Source of the DNA: Candidatus Latescibacterota bacterium
GTDB lineage: Bacteria; Latescibacterota; UBA2968; UBA8231
Reading direction: 5' to 3'
Assembly (NCBI GenBank): GCA_963422735.1
Contig: OY730476.1
Span: 64,001-128,000, forward strand
DNA length: 64,000 bases
This document shows, piece after piece, positions 41,783 to 52,308 of the stretch (positions are counted from its first letter, which is position 1; each line of letters opens with the position of its first letter). Below the pieces are notes generated by a model. It made no database searches, was not told where the DNA came from, and saw only the letters and a list, made by a program, of their open reading frames with translations. A program made the position numbers and the translations under genes.

Positions 41783-41945
41783 GGGCCATTGTCTCCTGTG
41801 CCTCGGCCGGTTTATCTCATTGACGATCGGCTACGTGGCTGCCGTTGTTATGATTGCACTTAGGGTGTATTCCGAGTCCTTGATTGAGCCTGTCCTCTGT
41901 TATGTCGAGTGATACCTCTTCCTTTTGTACGATTGAAAGCACTCC

Positions 41946-44900
41946 ATGCCCAAACGCACAGACATTCAAAAAATAATGCTCATCGGCTCCGGTCCGATCG
42001 TCATTGGCCAAGCCTGCGAGTTTGATTATTCGGGAACGCAAGCCTGTAAGGCACTGGCCGAAGAAGGCTACGACATCGTCTTGGTCAACAGCAATCCGGC
42101 GACGATTATGACTGATCCAGAGGTGGCCGACCGCACCTACATCGAGCCGATCACGCCGGAAATTTGCACGCGGATCATCGCCGTGGAAAAGCCGCAGGCC
42201 CTCCTGCCGACGCTCGGGGGCCAAACCGCGCTCAACGCGGCGGTGGTCTTGGCCGAAAGCGGCACCCTCGCCGAGCACGGCGTCGAGCTGATCGGCGCTC
42301 GGCTCGAGGCCATCAAGATGGCCGAAGACCGCGAACTCTTCAAAGCGGCCATGGACCGGACCGGGTTGGACATGCCCCGTGGGGCCTTTGTCCACAGCCT
42401 CGAAGAGGCCCAAAAGCATCAAGCCGACTTGGGCTACCCGACGATCATCCGCCCCGCCTTTACGATGGGAGGCTCAGGCGGCGGCGTGGCGTACAACGCC
42501 GAGGAATTTGAGCGGATCGTGCGCCACGGCCTCGACCTAAGCCCGATCGACGAGGTGCTGATCGAGGAATCGGTCCTCGGGTGGAAGGAATTTGAGCTGG
42601 AAGTCATGCGCGATCACCGCGACAACGTGGTCATAATCTGCTCGATTGAAAACTTCGACCCCATGGGGATCCACACCGGCGACAGCATCACGGTCGCGCC
42701 GGCGCAGACCTTGTCCGATAAGGAATATCAGCACATGCGCGACGCGGCCATCCGCATCATGCGCGAGATCGGCGTAGATACCGGCGGATCCAATATCCAG
42801 TTCGCGGTCAATCCCACAGACGGCCGCATGGTCGTCATCGAGATGAACCCCCGGGTCTCGCGCTCTTCGGCGCTGGCGTCCAAAGCAACGGGCTTTCCCA
42901 TCGCCAAGATCGCCGCCAAACTGGCTGTGGGCTACGCGCTGGACGAAATCCGCAACGACATCACCCGCGAGACCCCGGCCTCCTTTGAGCCGACCATCGA
43001 CTACGTGGTGACCAAAATTCCGCGCTTTACCTTTGAGAAATTTCCCAGCACGCCAGACGCCCTCGACACCCAGATGCGCTCGGTAGGGGAAACCATGGCC
43101 ATTGGCCGCACCTTCAAGGAGTCCCTGCAAAAGGGCCTGCGCTCGCTGGAGGTCGGCCGCGCGGGTTTTGGTGCCGACGGCAAGGACCTTACAGCGGCCA
43201 AAGTGGCCGACAAGGAACTGCGCGAGAAATTGATGCGCCCCAACTCCCAGCGCATGTTCTACCTCAAGCTGGCCATCGCCAAAGGCTACACCCACGACGA
43301 GATATATGGCCTCACCGGCATTGATCCGTGGTTTCTCGACCAGCTCTACCAACTTTTTGAACTCGAACGACAGCTAGCGCGGGCAGATGCGCTCGCCGAT
43401 GCCGCCATGTTGCGCCGCGCCAAGGAGTGGGGATTTAGCGACCGCCAGCTCGCGCATCTCAACGGCTGCGACGAGGCGAGTGTCCGTCGGCGTCGCCTCG
43501 AGTTGGACATTCGCCCAGTGTACAAAACAGTTGATACCTGCGCCGCTGAGTTCGAAGCCCACACGCCCTACCACTACTCGACATACGACCGCGAGGACGA
43601 AGTGCAGCGCTCGACGCGCAAAAAAATCGCCATCCTCGGCGGCGGGCCGAACCGCATCGGCCAGGGGATTGAGTTCGATTACTGCTGCGTCCACGCGTGT
43701 TTCGCGCTGCGCGAAATCGGCTATGAGACCATCATGATCAACTCCAATCCCGAGACGGTCAGCACGGATTACGACACGGCCGACAAACTCTATTTCGAGC
43801 CGCTGACAATCGAGGACGTGCTGCACATCGTCGAGCGCGAAGCCCCAGACGGCGTCATCGTGCAGTTCGGGGGGCAAACCCCGCTGAACTTGGCGGTCGA
43901 ACTAGAGCGCGAGGGCGTGCCCATCCTCGGCACCTCGCCCCGCAGCATCGACTTGGCCGAGGATCGCCAGCGCTTCGGCCAGTTGTTGAGCGAACTGGGC
44001 ATCCGCCAGCCGGCAAATGGCATGGCTGCCAGTTGTGCCGAGGCGTGCGCTGTTGCCGCGCAGATCGGCTTCCCGGTCTTGGTGCGGCCCTCGTACGTGC
44101 TCGGCGGGCGGGCCATGGTCGTGGCATACGATGTCGGGAGCCTCGAAACCTACATGAACGAGGCCATTGAAGTAGCGCCCGAGCGGCCCGTGCTCATCGA
44201 CCGCTACCTGCAAGGCGCGGAGGAATTCGATGTGGATGCCGTGGCCGACGGGACGGACGTGGTCGTCGGCGGGATCATGCAGCACATCGAGCACGCCGGC
44301 GTGCATTCGGGCGATAGCGCCTGCGCCTTGCCGCCCTACGACACGCCGAGCGAGCACATTGAGGCCATGCGCGAGTACACCCACGCGCTGGCGCATGCCC
44401 TCGGCGTGATCGGCCTGATGAACGTGCAATACGCCGTCCATCAAGGCGAGGTCTATGCGATTGAAGTGAATCCCCGGGCTTCGCGCACCGTGCCTTTTGT
44501 CAGCAAGGCCATTGGCCGCCCGCTGGCCAAGATCGCCGCGCGGGCCATGGTGGGGATGACCTTGCGCGAGCAGGGTTTCACCGAGGAGGTCGCGCCCGCG
44601 CACATATCCGTCAAGGAGGCCGTGCTGCCCTTTATAAAATTCCCCGGGGCCGATAGCCTGCTGGGGCCGGAGATGAAGTCCACGGGCGAAGTCATGGGCA
44701 TTGGCCGCGACTTTGGCACGGCTTTCCTCAAAGCGCAGATGGGGGCGGGTTCGCTGCTGCCGTCGCACGGCCGAGTCTTTATCAGCGTGGCCGACTGCGA
44801 TAAAGAGGAGGTCTTGCCGGTAGCCCGCCGACTGCGCGCGGCCGGATTCGAGTTGGTGGCTACACAGGGTACGCGCGACTTCCTCGGCAAGCACGACATC

Positions 44901-45164
44901 GCCGCAGAGCGGGTGCATAAAATTCACGAGGGCCGCCCGCACATCGAAGACGCGATTCGCAGCCGCCAGATTGACCTGATTATCAATACCCCTCTCGGCG
45001 AGTCTTCTCACTACGACGACTTTGCAGTGCGCCGGGCTGCGGTCGTAACCGGTGTGCCCTACACCACGACAATGGCCGGAGCCCGGGCCGCGGCCGCGGG
45101 CATTGAGGCGCTGCAACGCGCCGAGCTGGATGTGCAATCCCTGCAGGATTACCACCGGGGCTAG
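41946..45164 (+). CDS. carB: Carbamoyl-phosphate synthase large subunit
   Basis: [25 protein letters not shown], two ATP-grasp halves, MGS domain. Confidence 0.99.
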   Translation: MPKRTDIQKIMLIGSGPIVIGQACEFDYSGTQACKALAEEGYDIVLVNSNPATIMTDPEVADRTYIEPITPEICTRIIAVEKPQALLPTLGGQTALNAAVVLAESGTLAEHGVELIGARLEAIKMAEDRELFKAAMDRTGLDMPRGAFVHSLEEAQKHQADLGYPTIIRPAFTMGGSGGGVAYNAEEFERIVRHGLDLSPIDEVLIEESVLGWKEFELEVMRDHRDNVVIICSIENFDPMGIHTGDSITVAPAQTLSDKEYQHMRDAAIRIMREIGVDTGGSNIQFAVNPTDGRMVVIEMNPRVSRSSALASKATGFPIAKIAAKLAVGYALDEIRNDITRETPASFEPTIDYVVTKIPRFTFEKFPSTPDALDTQMRSVGETMAIGRTFKESLQKGLRSLEVGRAGFGADGKDLTAAKVADKELREKLMRPNSQRMFYLKLAIAKGYTHDEIYGLTGIDPWFLDQLYQLFELERQLARADALADAAMLRRAKEWGFSDRQLAHLNGCDEASVRRRRLELDIRPVYKTVDTCAAEFEAHTPYHYSTYDREDEVQRSTRKKIAILGGGPNRIGQGIEFDYCCVHACFALREIGYETIMINSNPETVSTDYDTADKLYFEPLTIEDVLHIVEREAPDGVIVQFGGQTPLNLAVELEREGVPILGTSPRSIDLAEDRQRFGQLLSELGIRQPANGMAASCAEACAVAAQIGFPVLVRPSYVLGGRAMVVAYDVGSLETYMNEAIEVAPERPVLIDRYLQGAEEFDVDAVADGTDVVVGGIMQHIEHAGVHSGDSACALPPYDTPSEHIEAMREYTHALAHALGVIGLMNVQYAVHQGEVYAIEVNPRASRTVPFVSKAIGRPLAKIAARAMVGMTLREQGFTEEVAPAHISVKEAVLPFIKFPGADSLLGPEMKSTGEVMGIGRDFGTAFLKAQMGAGSLLPSHGRVFISVADCDKEEVLPVARRLRAAGFELVATQGTRDFLGKHDIAAERVHKIHEGRPHIEDAIRSRQIDLIINTPLGESSHYDDFAVRRAAVVTGVPYTTTMAGARAAAAGIEALQRAELDVQSLQDYHRG

Positions 45165-45174
45165 GAGACCGCTC

Positions 45175-47811
45175 GTGAGGACTGCGCCCACCTGCCGCTT
45201 GGCCCTGGTGCTGTTATTATCTTATTGTCTGGCGATTTCGGCCTGCGTCTATTTCAATACGTTTTACAACGCCAAAAAATCCTTCCGCGAGGCCGAAAAA
45301 GAACGGCGCAAACACGAAGAGACCTACGCCGACTGGGCCTTTGACCGAGCCGGCCCCGAATTGCAGCGGCAGCGCTCGCCGCAGGCCGACCAACTCTACG
45401 ACAAAGTGGTACGCAAGGCGTCCAAGGTGCTCGACAAGCACAAGGAGAGCGACTTGGTTGACGACGCCATGTTTCTGATCGGCCAAGCGTATTACTGGCG
45501 CGGCGAATACCTCAATGCCCAAGAGTCCTTCCGCGACTTGGAGACTTTTTTCCCGTCCAGTCCGCACTTTGACCAAGCCCGCTACTGGCGCGCCCGCTGT
45601 CTAGAGGAACAGCGGCTCGACGACCAAGCGCAGTCGCTCTACCGAGTGCTTTTTGACGAGGCCGAAGAAGAGATCGCCGTCCAAGCGGGCCTGCACTTGG
45701 CCGAGATGGCGCACGACCGGGAGGACTACATCGCGGCCATGCGGGAATATCAGGCCACGCTAACAGCCTTTCCCAAGAGCGCGGTGCGCGCCCAATTGTG
45801 GTTGCGCTTGGGCGAGGCGCTGATGGCCTTAGAGGACCCGGCCCGCCTAGGCGAGGCCCTAGAGGCCTTCGACGAGGTGCTACAGGCCGATCCAAGCGTG
45901 GACCAAAAGTATCGCGCCCAGCTCAACAGCGGCCGTGCGCTCTACGCCATGGGCGCGGAAGAAGAGGCCCTAGACGCGTACGTCAGCCTGCTCAACGAGG
46001 GCCGCTTCCGCCGCTTTGAGGGTCGCACCCGGCTCCTAATCGGCGAGTGGTATCAGGGCCGCCGCTTACTCAATGAGGCACTGGCCGAGTACGATCAGGT
46101 GCTCAACGACTTCCCCCAGACGCCCTCTGCGGCCATGGCCCTGTATCGCATCGGCTTGTTGCGTCTGCAGGAATACGGGGATACCGAACTGGCGCGCGAT
46201 TACCTTGAGGAGAGCCGCCGCGAGAGCCCGGGAGCGCAGGGCGTGCTTTTGGCGCAGAAGATGCTGGGGCACATGCGCCGGCTGCAGCAGTTCCAGCGCC
46301 AGATCCATCGCGCCGATTCGCTCTACGCCGACTCGCTGGGCGTAGCGCAGGGGCCACTGTTGTGGCAGGCAAAGGAGACTCCGGCCGACACAGTGGTGGT
46401 GGCGCGGAGTTTGGAGGTGCTGGACGACCTGTTTACCGCGTGCGAGATCTATCGCGACGACATCGGCCAGGCCGATTCAGCCCGTGCGTACTACGAGGAG
46501 GTAATCCGCCGCTTCCCCGACAGCGACCAATTGCCCCGCGCCGTGTACAGCCTCGCTTGGATCGAATTGCAAATGCGCGGCGACGAAGAGAGAGCTAGCC
46601 CCTATTTGCTGCGGCTGATCGAGGAGTTTCCCACTTCGGCTCATGCCAACGAAGCCCGCCGCCTGCTGGGGCAGAAGGCCGAAGCCACCGCCGAAGAGTT
46701 GGCGGCACGCGAGTTTGCGCGGATCGAAACATTGCGTCTAGCGCAGCCTGAAAACACCAAGGAGTACATCCCCCTGTTGGACAGTTTGAGCCATGCCTTT
46801 GTCGGTACGCAAACGGGGGGGCAAGCGGCGTTTTTGGCGGCCACTACCTACGAGAATGTCGTCGGGGATACGCTCGCGGCTGAGCAGCGCTATCAATTGT
46901 TGCGCGAAGAGTTCGCCGAGACGCGATTCGGCAAGCTGGCCCAGCAGCGGTGGGAAGCACGCGAGGAAAAGCTCATCGACAAGCTGGAGCGCAGCCTAAA
47001 GGCGGTCGGCGGCCAGCTCGGCCCGGGGGAGCGGATCGAACTGCTCGCCTTGGAGCCGGACACGCTCGACTCCGTGGCCTTGGCGCGCAAATACATCGGC
47101 TTTGCCGAGCGCGCACAGCGGCGCGGGGACGCCGCGCTCGCCCGCGATTTTTACGAGCAAAGCATCGACCAACAGGTAGCCAACCCGCGCGCCCTATACC
47201 AACTCGGCAACCTCAACTGGGAGGATGGCTATTTCGACGACGCCATCGATTTTTACCGCGAGGCTCTGTCCTTTGACAAGAGGAACCTCAACCTCTACTA
47301 CCGGCTCTGGCGCGCCTTTACCGAGCAGGGCGTAGAGGACTCGGCCAACCACTACCTGCAGGAGGTCGCACGGCGCGATCGGGATAGCCCGCAAATTCGC
47401 TTCTTGCTGGAGAAGCATCCGGATTTTCAGGCGGGCGAGGACCGCGAGGACTTGGACATAGAAGTGATGATCGCGCTCGACTTGTCGATTCCCCCCGATG
47501 AGTTGGGGTGGAAGGAGGGCGACCTGTCGCTGAGCGATTGGCCGCTGGTCCGGCAGGTGGTGCGGCCGGTCTATCCAGCGGCCGCCGAGGATTCGGCCGA
47601 GGTGTTACTCGACGTGCTAATCGACCGCGAGGGGCGGCCCGAGCAAGTGGAGGTCTTTCGCGGGGACCCTCCCTTTGTCGAGAGCGCGGTGGCAGCAGCG
47701 TATGGCTATAGCTTCTATCCCGCAGTGCGCCGCAACGGCGAGGAGGTCAAGTCTTGGGTCGAGTTGGCCGTGTCGTTTGGCTTGCCGCAAGAAGAAGAGG
47801 AAGAGCCGTGA
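45175..47811 (+). CDS. TPR lipoprotein (BamD/PorW-SprE-like N-terminus) with a C-terminal TonB_C-like domain
   Basis: aggag + GTG 45175; lipobox ISAC-VYFNTFYNAKK; many TPRs; tail VRPVYP...VLIDREG...FYPAVRNGEEVKSWVELAVSF. Confidence 0.85.
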   Translation: MRTAPTCRLALVLLLSYCLAISACVYFNTFYNAKKSFREAEKERRKHEETYADWAFDRAGPELQRQRSPQADQLYDKVVRKASKVLDKHKESDLVDDAMFLIGQAYYWRGEYLNAQESFRDLETFFPSSPHFDQARYWRARCLEEQRLDDQAQSLYRVLFDEAEEEIAVQAGLHLAEMAHDREDYIAAMREYQATLTAFPKSAVRAQLWLRLGEALMALEDPARLGEALEAFDEVLQADPSVDQKYRAQLNSGRALYAMGAEEEALDAYVSLLNEGRFRRFEGRTRLLIGEWYQGRRLLNEALAEYDQVLNDFPQTPSAAMALYRIGLLRLQEYGDTELARDYLEESRRESPGAQGVLLAQKMLGHMRRLQQFQRQIHRADSLYADSLGVAQGPLLWQAKETPADTVVVARSLEVLDDLFTACEIYRDDIGQADSARAYYEEVIRRFPDSDQLPRAVYSLAWIELQMRGDEERASPYLLRLIEEFPTSAHANEARRLLGQKAEATAEELAAREFARIETLRLAQPENTKEYIPLLDSLSHAFVGTQTGGQAAFLAATTYENVVGDTLAAEQRYQLLREEFAETRFGKLAQQRWEAREEKLIDKLERSLKAVGGQLGPGERIELLALEPDTLDSVALARKYIGFAERAQRRGDAALARDFYEQSIDQQVANPRALYQLGNLNWEDGYFDDAIDFYREALSFDKRNLNLYYRLWRAFTEQGVEDSANHYLQEVARRDRDSPQIRFLLEKHPDFQAGEDREDLDIEVMIALDLSIPPDELGWKEGDLSLSDWPLVRQVVRPVYPAAAEDSAEVLLDVLIDREGRPEQVEVFRGDPPFVESAVAAAYGYSFYPAVRRNGEEVKSWVELAVSFGLPQEEEEEP

Positions 47812-48620
47812 TTGACGAGCAAGCGCGCCTGCTGACCAACCGCGAAGTCGCCGCGGACTTCTATTTGGCGCGTCTGAGCGCACCCCACATTGCAGCGCGG
47901 ATCGAGCCGGGTCAGTTCGTCAATATCGAGGTCGGCCCAGGGGTAGCTCCCTTGTTGCGCGTCCCGCTGAGCGTGAGCGGCGTCGAGCGCGAGGCTGGTA
48001 TTATCGAGGTATTGTACGAAGAGGTAGGGCCTAAGACGCGAGCGCTGAGTCAACTCGGGCCGGCCGCAGCCTTGCCGACCCTCGGCCCGTTGGGCAAGGG
48101 GTTCGCGCCGCCGCCCGAGGGTATGCGCGTCGCATTAGTCGGGGGCGGTATCGGCGTGCCACCGCTGCTCTACTGGGGATTGGAACTGAGACAGCGGGCG
48201 CACCGGACTGCGCTGTTGGTCGGGGCGCGGACTGCGGGCAAGCACCTGCCCAGCGAATTGCTTGCACCGGCTGCGGACGCGGTGCGCTGCGCGACCGACG
48301 ATGGCAGCCTTGGGCACGCGGGCTTAGTCACCGATCTGTTGCAGCACGAGCTAGCTAAAAAAGGGCCGTGCGAGGTCTATTGCTGTGGTCCGCACGGGAT
48401 GATGCAGGCCGTGGCCGCCATGTGCCTAGAAGCCCAAGTGGCGTGTCATGTTTCCCTCGAAGAGTACATGGCTTGCGGCATCGGCATCTGCATGGGCTGC
48501 GCCGTCGAGCTGGCGACGGCAAAAGGCGACTCGGACTATGGCCGCTACGCCCGCATCTGCGTGGATGGGCCGGCGTTCGACGCGCGGCAGGTAAAGTGGG
48601 GCAGCGCATGGCCGACTTGA
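47808..48620 (+). CDS. pyrK: Dihydroorotate dehydrogenase electron transfer subunit
   Basis: PGQFV, GPLGKGF, VGGGIGVPP, TDDGSLG, CGP..MM, MACGIGICMGC, CVDGP; GTGA overlap. Confidence 0.95.
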   Translation: MIDEQARLLTNREVAADFYLARLSAPHIAARIEPGQFVNIEVGPGVAPLLRVPLSVSGVEREAGIIEVLYEEVGPKTRALSQLGPAAALPTLGPLGKGFAPPPEGMRVALVGGGIGVPPLLYWGLELRQRAHRTALLVGARTAGKHLPSELLAPAADAVRCATDDGSLGHAGLVTDLLQHELAKKGPCEVYCCGPHGMMQAVAAMCLEAQVACHVSLEEYMACGIGICMGCAVELATAKGDSDYGRYARICVDGPAFDARQVKWGSAWPT

Positions 48621-49519
48621 GCATAGACTTTGCCGGTGTGCGACTGCGCAACCCGGTGCTGCTAGCCTCGGGCACCTGCAACTACGGTCAGGAGCTTTTG
48701 CCGTTGACCGATTTTGCGCGCTTGGGTGGGCTGATCACCAAAACCATTACCCCGCAGCCCCGCGGCGGCAACCCTCCCCAGCGCATCGTCGAGACGCCGG
48801 CCGGAATGCTCAATTCCATTGGCCTGCAAAACCCTGGGCTAGTGGCTTTCACCGAGCAGCAATGGCCCTTGTTGGCCGGTTTGGACGCGCAGGTCGTGGT
48901 GAATATCGCCGGATTCGCGGTCGAGGAGTTCGGGCAAATGGCGGCGCGTCTCGAAGCGTTGGAAGGCATTGCCGCGCTCGAAGTCAATATATCCTGTCCC
49001 AATGTCGAGGCCGGAGGCGACAATTTCGCCACGCGGCCCCAAACCGCGGCCGCAGCCATCGCCGCAGTGCGTAGCCGCACCCAGCGGCCGGTCATCGCCA
49101 AGCTGACGCCCAATGTCACAGATATTGCCAAAATTGCCCGCGCCGTAGTGGATGCAGGTGCGGATGCGGTCTCGCTGATCAATACGCTCGTTGGCATGGC
49201 CCTTGACGTGGAGCGGCGGCGGCCCGTCTTGGGCGGTATTACCGGCGGCTTGTCCGGGCCGGCGATCAAGCCCGTGGCCCTCGCCATGGTGTGGAAGGTG
49301 GCTCAAGCCGTCGCCGTGCCCGTCATGGGCATCGGCGGGATCGCCACCGCAAGTGATGTTTTAGAGTTCATGGTCGCTGGTGCTTCCGCCGTCCAAGTCG
49401 GGACGGCCAGTTTCGCCAACCCCAACGCCGGCGTCGAAATCGCGGAAGCCCTCCGCGCCTACTGCGACGAGCGCGGCATTGATCGCATTGCCTCCTTGGT
49501 GGGCAGCTTGCGAGTTTAG
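48608..49519 (+). CDS. pyrD: Dihydroorotate dehydrogenase family 1B catalytic subunit
   Basis: RNPVLLASGT, MLNSIGLQNPG, NISCPN, KLTPNVTDI, GGLSGPAIKP. Confidence 0.96.
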   Translation: MADLSIDFAGVRLRNPVLLASGTCNYGQELLPLTDFARLGGLITKTITPQPRGGNPPQRIVETPAGMLNSIGLQNPGLVAFTEQQWPLLAGLDAQVVVNIAGFAVEEFGQMAARLEALEGIAALEVNISCPNVEAGGDNFATRPQTAAAAIAAVRSRTQRPVIAKLTPNVTDIAKIARAVVDAGADAVSLINTLVGMALDVERRRPVLGGITGGLSGPAIKPVALAMVWKVAQAVAVPVMGIGGIATASDVLEFMVAGASAVQVGTASFANPNAGVEIAEALRAYCDERGIDRIASLVGSLRV

Positions 49520-49549
49520 ACGGAAAAATCGCAAGCGCGGCGATGGATT

Positions 49550-50170
49550 TCACTGCATCGGCACGAAGCGCACGGGTAGGAGTCTGCGCTGGCTGAGTCC
49601 GGTCGCGCTTTTCTCTACCACGACCAAGTGTTGGCGTTGAGTGCCTAGCGGGAGAATGAAGCGGCCGTTAGGCGCTAGTTGTTCGGTTAGAGCGGGTGGG
49701 ATGGTCGCGGGGGCGGCCGAGCAGACGATGGCGTCAAAAGGGGCTGCCTCGGGCCAACCCATGCGGCCGTCGCCAACGCGGAGGACGACATGGCCATAGC
49801 CTGTGTCGGCGAGTACGCGACGGGCCTTTGCGGCGAGGTCGGAGAAGAATTCAATGCTATAGACTTGGCCAGTCAGTTCGGCGAGCAGGGCGGTTTGGTA
49901 CCCGGAGCCGGTGCCAATCTCTAATATCCGTTCCGCGCCCTGCAAGCCGAGAACCGAGAGCATGTAGGCCACTACGTATGGCTGCGATATGGTTTGCTCT
50001 ACGCCGATGGCCAGCGGGTGATCGGCGTATGCGTGGGGACGCAGGGCCTCTGGGACGTAGCAATGCCTTGGGACGCGGGTGAACGCGGCCAGTACGCGCG
50101 GATCGCAAATGCCGCGATGGCTGAGTTGCTTGCGCACCATAGCGCGGCGTTGGTCGGCGTAGGAAGTCAT
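49550..50170 (-). CDS. pcm: Protein-L-isoaspartate O-methyltransferase
   Basis: VPRHCYV, QTISQPYVVA, LEIGTGSGYQTA, GDG..GWPEAAPFD, VRFVPM. Confidence 0.95.
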   Translation of the reverse strand: MTSYADQRRAMVRKQLSHRGICDPRVLAAFTRVPRHCYVPEALRPHAYADHPLAIGVEQTISQPYVVAYMLSVLGLQGAERILEIGTGSGYQTALLAELTGQVYSIEFFSDLAAKARRVLADTGYGHVVLRVGDGRMGWPEAAPFDAIVCSAAPATIPPALTEQLAPNGRFILPLGTQRQHLVVVEKSATGLSQRRLLPVRFVPMQ

Positions 50171-51066
50171 CGCGCACTTTGGAGGAGAGCTAGGGCCGCG
50201 TCTATTGCGGCCGCAGGGGGGATTGCAGCGATGTCTGCGGCCGGTGCTTGCAGGACTTGGCTGCGCTTGCCGCGCGGTGCCCACAGCCGGGGGGCGGTGG
50301 GGCCAAATAGCGTCAGAGTCGGGGTGCAGACGGCCGCGGCGATGTGCCCGGGGCCGGAGTCGTTGCCGATAAAGAGCGCGGCTTTGGCGAGCAGGCCGGC
50401 GAGGGAGCGCAGGTCTGGGGGATGGAGCGCGGGCAGGCCGCCGACTGCGACCTGGCGTTCGCGTTCGACCGGGCCGCACAAGAGCGCGGGATGCCAGCCT
50501 CTTTTTTCTAGCGCGCTGGCGAGGGCGTGGAAATTCGCCGCGGGCCAGCACTTGGCTGGCGAGCCGCTGCCTAAGTGGATGACGACTTCGGGCGCGGAGG
50601 CGAGCGCGTCCACATAGCCGTAGTCGCCGCGCCGCAGCGAGATGCGCGGGGTGCGGTCGCAGACGGATAGGCCCCATTGCCGCAAGGGGCTTAGCAAGTG
50701 GTCGACGATGTGGCCGCGGAAATCGGCTGGGGGCCGCGGATCCCACAACAGCACGGGGCCGGCTACGGCTCGAAGCAATTGCGGACCGAGGTGTTGTTGG
50801 GCATTCACCGCATAGGCTAACACGCGCTGCGTAGGGGCGAAGAGCTGGCGAGTAGCCGGGGGAAGCGACCCATCGCGGTGCAGGGGAATCAGGCGCGGAT
50901 CTTCGCCGTCTAGAATGGAGGCCACTGGGTCAAGCGCTAGGGTCGCCGGGCGGCCGATGAGGCGTAAGTCGGCAGCGGGAAAGGCCCGGCGCACAGCATC
51001 GATGGCAGGCAGGGTGAGGACGAAATCGCCGATTGCCCCGCCGCGAAATATGGTTATCGCGCTCAA
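50167..51066 (-). CDS. Glycosyltransferase family 9 (heptosyltransferase-like)
   Basis: RGGAIGDFVLTLP, HLGSG..AKCWP, FIGNDSGPGHIAAA, LFGPT. Confidence 0.9.
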   Translation of the reverse strand: MSAITIFRGGAIGDFVLTLPAIDAVRRAFPAADLRLIGRPATLALDPVASILDGEDPRLIPLHRDGSLPPATRQLFAPTQRVLAYAVNAQQHLGPQLLRAVAGPVLLWDPRPPADFRGHIVDHLLSPLRQWGLSVCDRTPRISLRRGDYGYVDALASAPEVVIHLGSGSPAKCWPAANFHALASALEKRGWHPALLCGPVERERQVAVGGLPALHPPDLRSLAGLLAKAALFIGNDSGPGHIAAAVCTPTLTLFGPTAPRLWAPRGKRSQVLQAPAADIAAIPPAAAIDAALALLQSAR

Positions 51067-51165
51067 TTTTGCAGCCCCACTGCGGGCGTCTCTTGCCCGC
51101 TAGAAAATTTTTGCGTAGTTTCTACGATTCTGTTTGCTCGACAACTATCTGAAGGAGTTGGCCTT

Positions 51166-51783
51166 ATGGGGGCCTTGATTGGCAAAAAATTGGGAATGAC
51201 GCAGGTGTACAACGACCGAGAGGAGCTCACGCCAGTGACGATCATCGCGGCCGGGCCCTGTCCAGTGGTACAAGTGCGGACTGAGGAGGACAACGGATAC
51301 TCAGCTTTGCAGCTTGCATTCGACGAAGTGCCGGAGCGCAAGCTGACCAAGCCGCAAAGGGGCCATCTGGCCAAGGCCGGCGTGAACGGCCACCGCATCC
51401 TGCGCGAATTTCGCGGGGAAGAGGGCGAGTTCGAGGTCGGCCAAGTCTTGGATGTGAGCCAGTTCGAGGCTGGCCACCGGGTCAAAGTGACGGGCAAATC
51501 CAAGGGTAAGGGATTTGCCGGGGTGGTCAAGCGCCACGGTTTCCGCGGCAAGAACGCGAGCCACGGTACGCCCGATACCGTGCGCCACGGCGGTTCTATC
51601 GGCCAGGGTACGACTCCGGGCAAGGTGTGGAAGGGCAAGAAAATGTCCGGCCAGATGGGTAACAAGCGGGTCTCCACTAAGGGATTGACCGTCGAGCGGA
51701 TCGACGCGGATCGCAACTTGCTCTTCCTCAAGGGGGCGGTGCCGGGCGGAGCCAATGGCTACGTCCTGATACAGACCATCTGA
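51166..51783 (+). CDS. rplC: 50S ribosomal protein L3 (stand-alone)
   Basis: LIGKKLGMTQ, GKSKGKGFAGVVKRHGF, SHG, GSIG..PGKVWKGKKMSGQMG, KGAVPG. Confidence 0.97.
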   Translation: MGALIGKKLGMTQVYNDREELTPVTIIAAGPCPVVQVRTEEDNGYSALQLAFDEVPERKLTKPQRGHLAKAGVNGHRILREFRGEEGEFEVGQVLDVSQFEAGHRVKVTGKSKGKGFAGVVKRHGFRGKNASHGTPDTVRHGGSIGQGTTPGKVWKGKKMSGQMGNKRVSTKGLTVERIDADRNLLFLKGAVPGGANGYVLIQTI

Positions 51784-51807
51784 CCCCCCTGCTTTAAGAG
51801 TGCTTGC

Positions 51808-51842
51808 GAGGCGGTGCCCGGCGTGGCATCGCCTCTTTTTTT
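51808..51842 (+). terminator. Intrinsic terminator after rplC
   Basis: Stem gaggcggtgcc / ggcatcgcctc followed by a run of 7 T. Confidence 0.85.
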
Positions 51843-52218
51843 ATCCGGGCGGCCACTGCATGGGGCGGCCGCCGAGCAGGTGGACGTGGAGGTGGGCGAC
51901 CGTTTGCCCCCCGTCGTCGCCGGCGTTGATGACCAGGCGGTAACCCGCTGCGGCTAGGCCCTGTTCTGCGGCGATCTGACTGGCTTTGAGCAGCAGGTGG
52001 CCGAGCAGGGGGCCGTGCTCGGGAGCGGCGTGTTGCACGCCGGCGATGACTTCCTTGGGTATGACGAGGATGTGCGTCGGGGCTTGGGGCTGGATGTCGC
52101 GAAAGGCCAAACAGTCGTCGTCTTGATAGACGATGTCGGCGGGAATTTCGCGGCGGATGATTTTGCTAAAAATGGTTTCACTGCCTGAAGGCAGCGGGAA
52201 AAGCGTTTCCTCGCTCAT
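51841..52218 (-). CDS. hinT: Histidine triad (HIT) nucleotide-binding protein
   Basis: TIFSKIIRREIPA, AFRDIQPQAPTH, GGQTVAHLHVHLLGGR..WPPG. Confidence 0.93.
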   Translation of the reverse strand: MSEETLFPLPSGSETIFSKIIRREIPADIVYQDDDCLAFRDIQPQAPTHILVIPKEVIAGVQHAAPEHGPLLGHLLLKASQIAAEQGLAAAGYRLVINAGDDGGQTVAHLHVHLLGGRPMQWPPG

Positions 52219-52308
52219 TGACCTTTCTCGCATGGCTTAGGGGCTTGATTGCGGCGGATTATAGGCGCGGCGGCTGGAGACGTCAAGGGGCCGCCGCGAT
52301 TGCGATAT

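Noticed and set aside
43902-45191. Long antisense or alternate-frame ORFs (e.g. 43902-45191, 27059-28171, 54551-55744, 5544-6272)
   Set aside because: They are shadow ORFs of well-supported genes in GC-rich DNA and carry no motifs of their own.
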